DNA of 64,000 nt from Guillardia theta CCMP2712 (taxonomy: Eukaryota > Protista > Cryptophyta): positions 331,219-395,218 of the forward strand of contig NW_005434614.1 of assembly GCF_000315625.1 (NCBI RefSeq), read 5' to 3'. Positions within the stretch are counted from its first letter, which is position 1. The number at the start of each line of letters is the position of its first letter. Position numbers and translations under genes: made by a program. Positions 38,301 to 49,384 of this stretch are shown here, in pieces. The notes beneath the pieces are model-generated. The model had not been told where the DNA came from. It saw only the letters and a list, made by a program, of their open reading frames with translations, and did no database searches.

Positions 38301-40224
38301 ACATTCGCCCTGCATCGGTATAACCATAGAGAAATCTGAAAGCCTCAGATTGAATATCTCCGCACAACATTGGTTCAGAAACTATTTCAGTTTCATCATT
38401 CTTTTCCTGCTTCTTTTTCTTAGCCGCATGCTCCTCAAAGCCGTTTCCAAATATGCCCGTAAAGATTCCAAAGACGGCGCATGCTATTGCGGAGGTGAAC
38501 ACTGCAATCACTTTTCCTAATGCGGACCTGTCGTTGACCAGAGGGAACTCTCCGAATAAGTTACAAAGGGTGAAATACGAAGAGCTTATAGTAGATTTAG
38601 TAATCTGATGAGCAACAAAAGATTTTCACCTGGCGATGCTTGTGAAACGTCCATCCATCGCTGGATTGTTTCTTTCCGCCATCCAGTTTGCCCCTGACAA
38701 GATGATCCATACCTTTGAAGACTTTAAACAAAAGCAGAAAAACATTTGATTGCATGCTCACAGCTGATCCTACAAATCCTGATTTGAATATCAAGACCTT
38801 ATTTTCGCGATAGATATCGTCAAAAACTGTGAACGCCTCCAGGTACCTTTCACCAAATCAATTTTTGGTGTCTTTCGTTTTGCAAACAGAAATCAGAATT
38901 GAAAGGAGTTGGTGAGACCTTCCTTCTAGACGCATCACTCGGAAGAGACGAAAGATCCTCAGAAACTGAGATGCTGGCAAGTCGATGTAAACCCCTTCGC
39001 CTTTGCAAGCAGCCTGATAACGAAGGTAACTGAGCGACTATCAGGATTGTACTCATACTCTTGTAATATACAGCGAGTAAAGCTGCAATTGAAGAATCAA
39101 TGACTGTAACAGATACAAATGATCGTTAAAATTTAGAATCTTGCCTCGAAGTAGTAAGGAAGAATGCTTCCAAGGTCAACGAGGGAGTAGAAGGAGAAAG
39201 TCCAGCGCCTAGTGTTTGCATCAGCTCAGATACCATGGTGACCTTGTAATCTCACAATCGTGTCATGAAGACATCAGTTTTTCCACTGCATTGAAACTTA
39301 AGACACAAAGAACAAAAGAATTTGTTCCTCCTTGCCTTTTCACATGAGTCATAAGGTGTTCAGGATCATCGGCGGAGCTCCACCACCGCAACGCATATTC
39401 AACAGTGAAGAAGAAGACCTGTTTGTGGAGAGGTCAGCTCATGGATCGATCATACTATAGACTAGTGTTACTGACCGAAAAGGTTTCTAACGAATCAAAG
39501 AAATGATACACACTGGGTTCAAATCCTTCAACCTGCACGAAGGATCACATGTTTGCTTGCTTAAAGACCAATAACAAATATCATGTCGATCTTCTCGCAT
39601 ATTGGCTCAGCCATATAGTTTTTTTCATCATTGTTGAAGCTTTATCTGTGCTGCACTAGGACATAGCAAGAGATTTTTATTTTACCGAGTCAAGTATGAA
39701 GCACACAACGTTCAGAGTGATCAGCAAAATCGAAGGTACGACCTGTTTCAGAAAAATCAACAAGCAGATGCACTTTGATGGACATCAGCTCACAAAATAT
39801 ATTCCGTATTCATCTTTGGCATCCAGGAACTGATGAACACTGAAATATGCAGCATTAGAGCAATGAACATGAAAAATCATGACAACGGGTCCACTAAGGT
39901 CTAAACCAGGGGTCTCAGAAATGATTTCGAGTGAATCGTTTGAGATCACGAAAAATCAAATGAACAAACTAAAAGAAACTGGTAAACCAAAGAAATTGGT
40001 TCAGGATTGAAAAATCAATACCCACTGCACAAAGGTACGAATCCTTCACTGATGGGGCATAAGGGGCATAGCAATGGCAACACACAATGTTGCTTCTTCT
40101 CATTCGTTTTAAATCTCCAGAAGTCGATAAGAAATCTTTGAACACGAACCAAAAAGTGGACAAGATACTTAAGGAGGAAATCAGAAAACAAGGAACAAGC
40201 TCACCGATGCCGAAAGGATGCCAT
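35386..40224 (-). CDS. four-repeat (4x6TM) voltage-gated-type cation channel with non-GYG pore loops
   Basis: S4 segments read for repeats II-IV: RSLRLLRMLK, RMLRLLRLLK, RFLRLLRVLQ. Four pore loops: LFGEFP, LCGEVP, LSGDYP, LSGEWG. S6 segments: GIFTGIFGNGF, AIPIGILGNGF, SIPSGIIANGF, SIPVGALFDAF. Start approximate. Confidence 0.85.
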
Positions 40225-40350
40225 GACGTTCTGACAGAGGTCGTAAAAATCATTAGTCAACCATTTACCATTGGTAGTAGCAGTCGGTCAGAAGAGCAGT
40301 AATAGTACAGTAGTTAGACAATGATATTACGCAACAGATGAGGCATATCC

Positions 40351-40380
40351 AGGGTTTAGAGGGTTTAGGGTTTAGGGTTA
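40351..40380 (+). repeat. interstitial telomeric repeat (TTTAGGG)n
   Basis: AGGGTTTAGAGGGTTTAGGGTTTAGGGTTA. Confidence 0.85.
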
Positions 40381-41700
40381 ATCGAATCAACCTCCACCTC
40401 ACTGGCCAGAATCTATTTAACCCAAGATCCACCAAAGACTAAACCAACACTTCCTTTATTCACAGCAGTCACCTTCCCTTCAGTCCCTTGCAACCAAGTA
40501 CAATGCACAGCGCGCAGTGGACACGTGTCCTCCTAACCCCCTCTTCTCCGCCTGACCCTCAGGCTCGTCGATTCCTTAATTCCAGACCTATGTCGAAACC
40601 CACTTCCATCTCGCTGAGCTTCGTCCACCAATGAGACGCAATACCCTGAACTTCTCGCCGTCTCCAAGAACTTATCCGAGTTCTTACACCCTCCCTGACG
40701 AAGTTAAGCGAGATTCTCAGCTCACCCTTTTCCAACATCATCTCCAAGCTGTTGCCCCCTTCCCTGGTCCTCCTTGCATCCTTGATCACCCCCTTCCAGC
40801 TCCATGCTCCTTCCTTCATCCTCATCTCATCCTCCGACCTGAAAATCCCTTCCAGCATCCTTCCAGCATCCCCATCTCATCCTCCAACCTGCATGCTCCC
40901 AGGCTGCATCCCAATCACCTCCTCCAAGCTCCAAGCTGCTTCCTGCACCCAGCTTCTCCTCCAAGCTCCAACCTGCTTCCTGCACCTAGCTCCTCCTCCA
41001 AGCTTCAACCTGCTTCCTGCACCCAGCTCCTCCGCCAAGCTCCAATCTGCTTCCTGCACCCAGCTCCTCCGCCAAGCTCCAACCTTCTTCCTGCACCTAG
41101 CTTCTCCCCCAAGCTCCCACCTGCTTCCTTCACCTCGCTCCATCCCTCTTTTACCTACACATCCTCCTTCATAGAAACCTCATCAGTAACATCAACACTC
41201 CTCCACCACCTGAACTTGAATGTGCGCACTGCACTTGTTCATCAGGCTCCCCCTCTGATCAGTCAGACTCCCCTGACACCTTTCTGATCATCCTGTCATC
41301 CTCCCCATCATTGTATTTCAAATCCCACTGTTTTCAATTGTCATCCATCTGACTTTCTCCATCCAAATTTTTCAACCCAATGATGTCCATCAATCATGAC
41401 CAATGTTTTGTCCTAACTAACCTGCTCTACGGGCCCATCTAAAATCTCTATCTAACCGCGGTATGAAAGATCGATTTGGCGCCATTTTCACCTGAGAGCT
41501 CTTGATAAAAATCATTTGCATGCATTGTTCTTTTCGACCTCATGATCTTTCATTTGCCTTTCCCATCAATCATTTCTTTTGAATCATTTTTCGATTTCTC
41601 AATTTCTCAATTTCTCAACGGCCGATTAAATTTCGATTTCATTTCTGACGATCATGGGTCTTGTATTTGATCATGATGGAGGCGTCACCTAACCTGTTTG
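40381..41700 (-). mobile_element. Copia 3' fragment (truncated 3' LTR 40381-40688, PPT, 3' non-coding region) related to the element at 51427-60532
   Basis: GAGTTCTTACA|CCCTCCCT at 40678-40696 matches the LTR end/PPT at 51907-51925. The preceding AGACGCA..GAACTT..CGTCT..AAGAACTT also aligns, and the same C/T-rich then AT-rich internal layout follows. Confidence 0.75.
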
Positions 41701-44679
41701 ACTGAACCCAGAGTTTCCTTGAACAGTCTTCGGGAGAGCAAGCTTCATACCACGCCCAGCCAATCATCTGATTCTACTTCTCCATAGCAAACCTTCCTTC
41801 CAAGGTTCTCCCTCCCTGAATCAGAGATTGGTGTAGGCGTTTGCTCAATGGCACAAGCTGTACGAAGAACCTCATTGTGTACAAGCTGGGATAAATCCCA
41901 CTGAAGTTCCAAGTTGCTCCCAAAGCGCTGTCTCCAGGCCTTCATCAGCATCGCGTGCGTCTCGTGCATCACCGTCTTCGTGCTAGCAGCCATCACGATC
42001 GCCATCACCTGCGGATCTTGTTCCTTGCGCTCCATTACCGGCACCAGCATCAGCGACGTCTTCCCTACCCACTCTGAGCCCCCCAGGTCGATCCTGCGGT
42101 CCAGCCCCCTCACCTCCTCCGCGTGCTCGCACACCCAGGGCTCTCCGTCTCGCTTCCCTAGCATCCAACCATGTCTTCCCGTGCAGGAAAAGGTGATCAT
42201 AGAGACCTCGTCCTTGGAAGCATCGGACGAGATGCAGTACAGCAGCGGCTCCGCTTCCTCCTCTTCCCTGTGCACCAGGGCGATCTGCCATGCAGCGTCA
42301 GGGCGTGGGCGAGCAGCTCGCGCCATGTGCCTGCGCGATCTGAGCATCGAAGGCAGACATCCAGAACCTCGGGTCCTCCACCTGGGCAGCAAAGGAAGTC
42401 ACGGACGCTGGGAGGCCCTCCGCTGCTCCTACCACACATCCTTGTTGGAAGAGAGTGACAGCGTGAGAAGCGATGCGGAGGACGAGCGCCAGTTGATCCT
42501 GCTTGACGTACAGCTGCTCGTTGTGATGCATCACGTTCCCCAGCAGCACCGCAAGCCACTCGGTCGTCTCCACGTCTGACTCGGAGAACCTCTCCGCGTT
42601 GCTCCCGATCGTCAGCAGCTGGACAACCGCGTCAACGTCGACGACATCGATATCAACAACAATGTCATCAAAATCAACTTCTACAACATCAACGACAACA
42701 ACAAGTTCATCAAGGTTGTCAGGGACTAACCGCGCATGGAGTCGTGGAGTTGTCAAGGATGGGGACACAGAGGACTTCAGAGCGCGAGTGCTCAGACCCT
42801 CCCACCTCCAGGTCGAACGGGCCCAACGAGCCGTCGATGGTCTCCTCGTCCTTGACCTTCACTCACAGGATCAGCCGTAAGCCTCGCCCAGCTGAGCCCC
42901 ACCTGGACCAAGCTCTTCTTTCTCAGCGCCTCAGCCGCTATCCCACCCTCTCTGACGTCAACGAACTTAACGCGCCCGCCGTCGCCGTCGGGGAACTTGC
43001 GGCGGAACGTCAGGAAGGGCCCGGGACTCTCCGACTACCTCGAGGAACTCGTTGGTCTGGGCATCCACCCACGCTAGATGCGCCGCGTGAGCCCCGATGA
43101 TGGCGGGAAGCTTGGCGGCGATCTTGAGCGACATGGCGTGTCGCTGCATGCCGATGGTCTGCCAAGACATAAGACTATGTCACGTGAGACGATCGCCACC
43201 TGGTTGACGAGGTACAAGATCTGCACCTTCTTGTCGTGATCCTCTGCATCGGGTCAGGTTCGGGGGCTCGAGTAACCTCGTTCTCACGCTTGGAGGCGAC
43301 GGGCTTGTCGGCATGTCTTGCCAGCTCCAGCACGACTCGACTCACGGGTGATGCCATCTTCTCGCTCGGGGCCTCAGGCTCCCGGGCATGCTCGTTGCTC
43401 GAGCTCTCAGACGGTCGCGCATGGTCGTCGGGTTGGGTCTGCGAGATGCTTCAGTATCGCCACGAGCTTCTCGTCCTCGTTTGCTACCTTCGCTCCTCCT
43501 CTCATCGCCGCATGCCCCGCAGCTCTGACCTCACGGCGAGGAGAAGCTGACGCAGCAAGAGAGGAGCGGGGGGTAGGCTTCTTCCTCGCGCTGGAGGGCT
43601 GTGAGGGGGGCTTGGGGTTTAGGCCTCTCTCGGTAGGGAGTTGGAAGCAAGGTTGTCGCTCGGGAGCGAGTCGAGTCGCCTGAGGAAGAAGTGTTGACTG
43701 CCCGTGAGCGACGGCTCGTCCTACGGGGGATGACAGGGCCTGGTCCAAGTCTGTTTGGCAGCCTTGAGATTTCATCCTCTTCGCGTATCCCTCCACGCTC
43801 TCTCCTCCTTCCTCCCCCTCCCAGCCCTTGTCGCGCGGGCTCGCCTGAAGTTTTCGGCTTGAGGGCTGCAGGTCACAGGAAGTGAGTGGAGCAGGGGAGA
43901 GGCTCCGACGTGCTCGCCTGCCGCCTCTGCCTCGCCTTGCTCATCCTCAGCCGAGTAAAGATCTCACTCCACAGGGCCCATCGCTCCATGCCGATCGACC
44001 TGAGCTCCTCCCATCAAATGAAACAAGTCCTGCCCCTGCCCCTGCCCCTGTCCTTGCTCCTGTTCCTTCTCCTGCTGCTGCTCCTGTTCCTGCCCCTGCC
44101 CCTGCCCCTGCCCCTGCCCCTGCCCCTGCCCCTGCCCCTGCCCCTGCCCCTACCCCTGTCCTTGCTCCTGCTGCTCCTGCTGCTCCTGCTGCTGCTCCTG
44201 CTGCTGCTGCTCCTGCTGCTGCTCCTGCTACTCACTTTTCTACAAGCAAAACGAAATCTTCGAGCTCGATATCTCCTATCAGCAGCGCCTCCACCTGAGA
44301 GTAAGGGAATGAATGGCAAGGAGGTACAAGGACGTCGGAGTACTCGCAGAAAGGCATGCGACTTGTGGAACTCCGGGTCTGCAGCGCGTCAGAGCGACGA
44401 GGCTGAGGAGCTTGAGCTCACTGAGATCTCCTGCGTGAAGTCGGGGCGATCTCAAGGCGTCTACAGGGAAGGCGTCAGCACAGAGTCGCAAGGAGGAACG
44501 AGCTGCCGCACAAGAGTTCGACTCGGAGGAGAGCCTGACGGAGGGAGGGAGGCGGGAGAGGAAACCAGGTCTCGCTTCCACCACATTCTTGTTCAGCTTG
44601 TGGTACATGACGTTCTCCCTCTCACCGCACCGCCTCCTCCTCCTCTCTCCCTCCTCCCCTTCGCCTGCTGCTAGCCATG
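41690..44679 (-). CDS. GAF-domain-containing protein (multi-exon), 3' end possibly disrupted by the Copia fragment
   Basis: GRHGWMLGKRDGEPWVCEHAEEVRGLDRRIDL..KTSLMLVPV..QVMAIVMAA is GAF-like; a second GAF-like start reads KIAAKLPAIIGAHAAHLAWVD. Confidence 0.55.
44030..44230. repeat. (CCTGCC)n/(CTG)n low-complexity tract in intron
   Basis: Visible hexamer/trimer repeats. Confidence 0.85.
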
Positions 44680-44771
44680 GTGTTAGCAACGGACCGAAAA
44701 ACGGTCAATGGCGGGGCGGGCCCGGGCAGGATCAAGTGGTTGGGAAAGAGAAGAGAGACGTTATCAGCTTA

Positions 44772-46009
44772 TGTTAGAGTCAACAACAACGCTATGCGAC
44801 TTCTGACATACACTTGTTGCAACCACACATACATGTCAATATGATGGGCCCCTTGCTTCTTACATACACCAGTCACGGCAGTCTCTACAACTACAGTCAG
44901 CACACAGTTGCGACAGAAATCATACTGCTTTGATTCTGTTAAAAAAGCTTTTCCCCCCATATCCTGCAACTGCGCCTCCCATGGCTGACTCCATTCCTCT
45001 GAACCAGCATGAACTCCACCCCTCGCGTAAAGTATGTCCAGATGCTCACTGAACGCCACTGATCTCAGCGTCATCATTCCAACAAACTCCTTGAGTTTTG
45101 AAATCTTCTCCAAAAAGAAAAGATCCAACTGCCTTCCACCTCGTTAACGGTAGAATCTTTGTAAACAAGTCTGCTGGCTGATATTTGGTAGACACTTTGA
45201 CAGGAAGTAGCTCGCCCTCATCCACCATAAGCACCGCAAACTTGGCACGTAAGGCGATGTGTTTCAGTCTAGAATAAGCTCGTTTCTCGGTCAACAAACG
45301 AATACACGGCTCGTTATCCAGCAAGAGCAATGTCGGACGTTGCTGGCAAAAACCCAACTGTTGAAGTAAGCTGCGGTACATCTTGATATGCTTGGCAGCT
45401 ACCGACGTCGCATAGATTTCTGCCTCTGACGATGAAAGTGATATGACTTTCTGTGCTTTCGAACCGTAAGAAATGACCCCTCCGTTCATCACGATAGCCC
45501 AACCTGATTGACTTCGGCGCGTCAGGACATCCGTCCCCCAGTCACTATCACTCGCAGCTACGAGTTCATTGTGAAACACCTCCTGATTGACAGATACACC
45601 TAGAATCCCTTCGGCTTACCCCCTTCTTTTTCTTCTTGCCAGAAGCACTCACTGGATTGCCGGAATCACCGTCATCAACGGGACTACCATACTGATCCGA
45701 CACCGTCTTGGACAAACTTTGCAACTGCTCCACATAATCTCGAATCTGCCCGCTCTTCCTCCAACAAAATTTGGCATTCAGGAAAAGCAAAACGACCTGC
45801 CTTTTCCATTCCTCCGTCAACTCGCCATCCACATTCACACTCTTGTTCTTTTCCCATACAGTATGAAACTCACCACCAAAATTACCGAGTTGATCGAGTG
45901 GAAACTCTCGTATCAACGGGCCCAAACACAAGCCCAATCCTGTCCGATATCGATTCATTGCATTCTGAATCGGAAGCAGAAGTTCATCCAATTCCTCCTG
46001 TGACGTCAC
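44772..46009 (-). mobile_element. internally deleted Copia fragment (gag N-terminus fused to RNase H end)
   Basis: 45566-46009 aligns with the gag at 58366-60054 (TSQEELDELLLP..FGGEFHTVWE vs TSKEKLEDLFLP..FVGEFHEMWE). 45046-45600 is Copia RNase H (SDSDWG, SSSEAEIYA, DNEPC, KHIALR, QPADLFTK). Confidence 0.85.
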
Positions 46010-46016
46010 AGGAGGA

Positions 46017-46039
46017 AGGGTTTAGGGTTTAGGGTTTAG
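46017..46039 (+). repeat. interstitial telomeric repeat (TTTAGGG)n
   Basis: AGGGTTTAGGGTTTAGGGTTTAG. Confidence 0.9.
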
Positions 46040-46158
46040 AGCGCCGGTTATTTCAGGCAAGCGCCGGTTATTTCAGGCGCAGCGCCGGTTATTTCAGGCA
46101 CCATGGAGCGCCGGTTATTTCAGGCACCATAGAGCGCCGGTTATTTCAGGCACCATGG
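46040..46158 (+). repeat. five copies of AGCGCCGGTTATTTCAGGC with 1-7 nt linkers
   Basis: Directly visible. Confidence 0.95.
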
Positions 46159-46216
46159 CTGCACGCGTGGTGTAGGGGAAGCTGCCAGGGCGCCAAGGAA
46201 GCTGCAAGCGAGAGGT

Positions 46217-47492
46217 TTGTATACTTCAAATAGCTTTCTAAGTATGGTTCTTCAGTATGATGAAAATGTTCGCAACCTGCTGTATCGGAGATCATGCCAA
46301 TACACGCAGAGCGGACTTGTGGATGCCTCTGTCCTCGAAGCTGATCTCGTCGAGAGGGTGAAGAGCTTCGCGAAGCGTTATCCGAACAGCAGGACAGCCC
46401 AGGCTTGCAAGGCTGTGGAGGGATGCACCCCCGACGCTATCGCAGAAGCCATCCGCTCGACATGTCAGCAGGCACGACGTGAGCTTCTGCAAGAAGCGAT
46501 GACTGGATGGAGTGACGCATCCAGAGAGTGGTTTATGCAGCAGATTGAAGAAGCCAAGAAGGAGAAGGTCGAGACATACACCGCCTCAGCAGGCAACGAG
46601 GTGACTTCCTTCATCTCCATGACTCTCCTGGGCATCTCCTCGGTGTATGTCAACCATGAAGAAAAGCTGAAGAAGAAATTTGAAGAGATCGGACTGATCG
46701 TAGACTCAGTGCAAGAGAGTAAAGCAATCATGTGGAAGGCTCCGTATAGACCCGAGATAGCGAGTGCTGAGGAGATCCCGGTGACTGTTTCCTTCCTGCG
46801 CAATGCACCAGCGGAGAAGCTCTGGCAGGGAAGAGAGGACTTCGCGATCGATGGTCGCAAGTTCACAGCTGTACATGTGAGCATCGTACACGATCGATCT
46901 TTCAAGATTCGAGCCAAGAGAGGACCCTGGGGCAAAGGGGGCAGCTTGGCAGAGCTGACTCACCTGCTAACCTTGGGCGGCATGACAACGGCTGAGATAG
47001 CTGCCGTCTATCGCTATCAGCTGCTGCGCCAGTCCCTTGCAGCGGTCCAACTCCAGCCGCTGGCAGGCATGCTGGTCGCTGGGGCGCCAGGACAGCAAGT
47101 CCACAAAGGCTTAGGTCAGAAAGGCTTCATCGCTGTAGGGGCCAACGTCATCTGGAGACAGAGGGAGGTGGAGTGGATCGTCTCCTCGAGCTGCCCAGAG
47201 GCGAATGATACAGCATTTCGAGCTTTCCGAGAGAGCGAAGCGATGGAGGGAGTACACCTGACTCTGTTCAGCGAGGACCCGAAGATCAGAGAGGCGCTCG
47301 CAGTCGAGTTGACAGCTGATCGCTTTGTGTCCAGAAATAAGTTGAAGAAGGCATCAAGGATGCAGAAGAAGGCAGGCGGCAAGGACGGCAAGGAGATCAA
47401 GATCATCATCAAGTCGACGGCGGCATCTGGTCGCTTCACGAGGAAGGAGATGGAGGGGCTGTGCAACGGCGGCAACACGTCTATCGCAAGAG
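46217..47492 (+). CDS. intronless orphan ORF, possibly ORF1 of a non-LTR element, cut by the Gypsy LTR
   Basis: More than 420 codons open with no introns; it ends only after entering the LTR at 47493. No catalytic motifs seen. Confidence 0.5.
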
Positions 47493-47739
47493 TGTTGTAT
47501 CCATGAGGATCCGGAACCTCGGATACTCGTCGGATACTCTGCCGGATATTCCCTATATAGGCGGACGCATCTCGTGCGGACGGCCTCCTGAATTTCCCCC
47601 ACTTGCATGCACAGTGAGTGTGGGGGTTGTGCGTAGTTTACCTCCTAGTAAACTTAGAGACTTCTATTTCCTGCTTCTCAATCTTCTTCATCCTTACTTT
47701 ACTCGTGTCGTTGACAATCTCTGTGTTGTGTATACAACA
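47493..47739 (+). repeat. Gypsy 5' LTR (247 bp)
   Basis: 8-bp inverted termini TGTTGTAT...ATACAACA; TATA-like CTATATAG near 47553; TGG-starting PBS-like sequence at 47743. Confidence 0.85.
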
Positions 47740-47763
47740 TTCTGGAAGCGAAGTGGTTGATTC

Positions 47764-49265
47764 ATGACCTCGAAACAAGGAAGAGGAGGAAAGAAACCTC
47801 AGCCGGAAAGGAGCCCTCAACCTCGATCTAAGCAATCAGGAGCATTTCAAACAGAAATTGCTGAAGAGAGTTCTGAGGAAGAAGTCGAATGGAGCGAGCG
47901 GCTGCAGCTGCAGCAGCAGCAGCTTTCTCCGAGTCAGACCAGTGGATCTTTGACTCAACCTTATAGGGATGGAGATGTACAACGTGAAGCGCTGTCTAGC
48001 GCGGATCAACGGGCCCGAAACAAGAGGGATACTCCCTTGCGAAGTATTCTGCGATCAGAGGAGGCAACTCAGCGAGCAGCCTCCCCTGCAACATCGGTAC
48101 GTCTGCCAAGCTCGGAAAATTTTTCATCCGACCCCGTCATGTCCTCGCCAGTGGCGCAGGACCGAGCTCTTCTCCTTCTTCGTCGAATGTGTGCCCTCCT
48201 GGCTGACACCATGCAGGACGAGCGTTTCCACATGCTCGCCAATGCTGCCGACCGCATCTCGCACGGAAAGTTACCCTGCAAGATGCTAATGCTGATATCT
48301 ATTCAGCTGAGGAATCAGCTAGCGCTGAATCCTCTGATCAGGAACCAGTCCTCTCCAATCGGACTCTCGTGAATGTGCTAACGAACTCCAAGAGTTTCAA
48401 TTCCAGCCGCATTCCGATGTACAAAGGTTTTGCTGATCCCCGCTCTGTCGAAGAATTCCTTCGTCAGTGCAACCGCGAATTAATCGCTCAAGAGATCCCA
48501 ACTCGCAAATGGGTGAAGAGCATCACGCCGTTGTTCACCAACGAAGTGATGGTGGTGGTAGAACGTAAGTACGGAAAGAGTCTCGAGGCCATCAACAAGC
48601 TTAAATGGGATGAATTTTCAACTCATCTAAGTTCGTGTCTAGCCCCGATGCGGCAAGCCAAGAATTATCAGACTCAGCTTGATCAGCTCAAGCAGCAGCC
48701 CAACGAATCCGCCTGGGCGTACTTGACTCGCGCCACGACACTCTTCGCAACGCTCGAATCGCAGGTAGGGTCAGCCATACTGTACTTCAACGATCAGCCA
48801 CTCCGGAAATTCATCAAGGGATTTTCGCATACGCCGACGCGCACGTCTATCCACACATGGTTTACGATTTATCGCAGTCAGTACGGACACGGAGAAGACA
48901 TGTTCTCTCGCCTAGTCACTTTCATCACAGTTCTTCTGGACGATGGTGAACCGCTAACAGTGTCTAAGCAGCCTAACTCAGCTGCTGCTAACGCTGCGCA
49001 GACCTCTTCGCACACGAAGGCCAAGGCCAACGGTGGGCAGAACAAGAAGAAGTCCAACGGTAAAGAAAACCAGCGCAAGCAGAAGTCCATCCGTTGTTTT
49101 TACTGTCAAGAACCGGGTCACATCAAGCCGGACTGCGAGCAGTACAAGCGCGAAGTCGCCCTCCAGCAGGAGCGCCATGAGAAACTCATGGCAACCCAGC
49201 ATGAACAGCATGTTCAGCTTTTAGCTGCTCTTCAACCGCTCGCGACGCGTGCGGGAAACGAGTAG
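47764..49265 (+). CDS. gag: Gypsy Gag (one frameshift near 48273)
   Basis: Capsid-like IPMYKG..VEEFLRQ..W..F, LKQQPNES..Y; CCHC zinc knuckle. Confidence 0.85.
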
Positions 49266-49335
49266 CGGCGGCAGGCAACGAGAGGGGAGCATCACTTGCT
49301 CCTCCTGCCGCTGGTCTTTGCCCCAGCCCTCTCTT
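49253..49335 (+). promoter_or_regulatory. -1 programmed ribosomal frameshift signal (G GGA AAC + stem/pseudoknot)
   Basis: Slippery heptamer 49253-49259 just before the gag stop; the -1 frame is open into pol. GCGGCAGG/CCTGCCGC forms a stem and GAGAGGG/CCCTCTC a second pairing. Confidence 0.75.
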
Positions 49336-49384
49336 ACCAGGTAGCAGCGCTTTACCTCCTCATCGGAGCTCGCTAAGCCATTTC

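Noticed and set aside
40631-41287. 218-aa Pro/Ser/Leu ORF
   Set aside because: Low-complexity 3' region of a Copia fragment that crosses the LTR boundary.
43882-44674. PAPAPA / poly-Leu / RGRGRG ORFs
   Set aside because: Products of an intronic (CCTGCC)n tract.
46040-46158. CRISPR-like repeat with variable linkers (also 11215-11293 and 23490-23660)
   Set aside because: Linkers are 0-7 nt, the context is eukaryotic and there are no cas genes.
46017-47492. Telomere-associated Penelope-like (Athena-type) element
   Set aside because: No RT is visible, and the ORF orientation relative to the G-rich strand is opposite to expectation.
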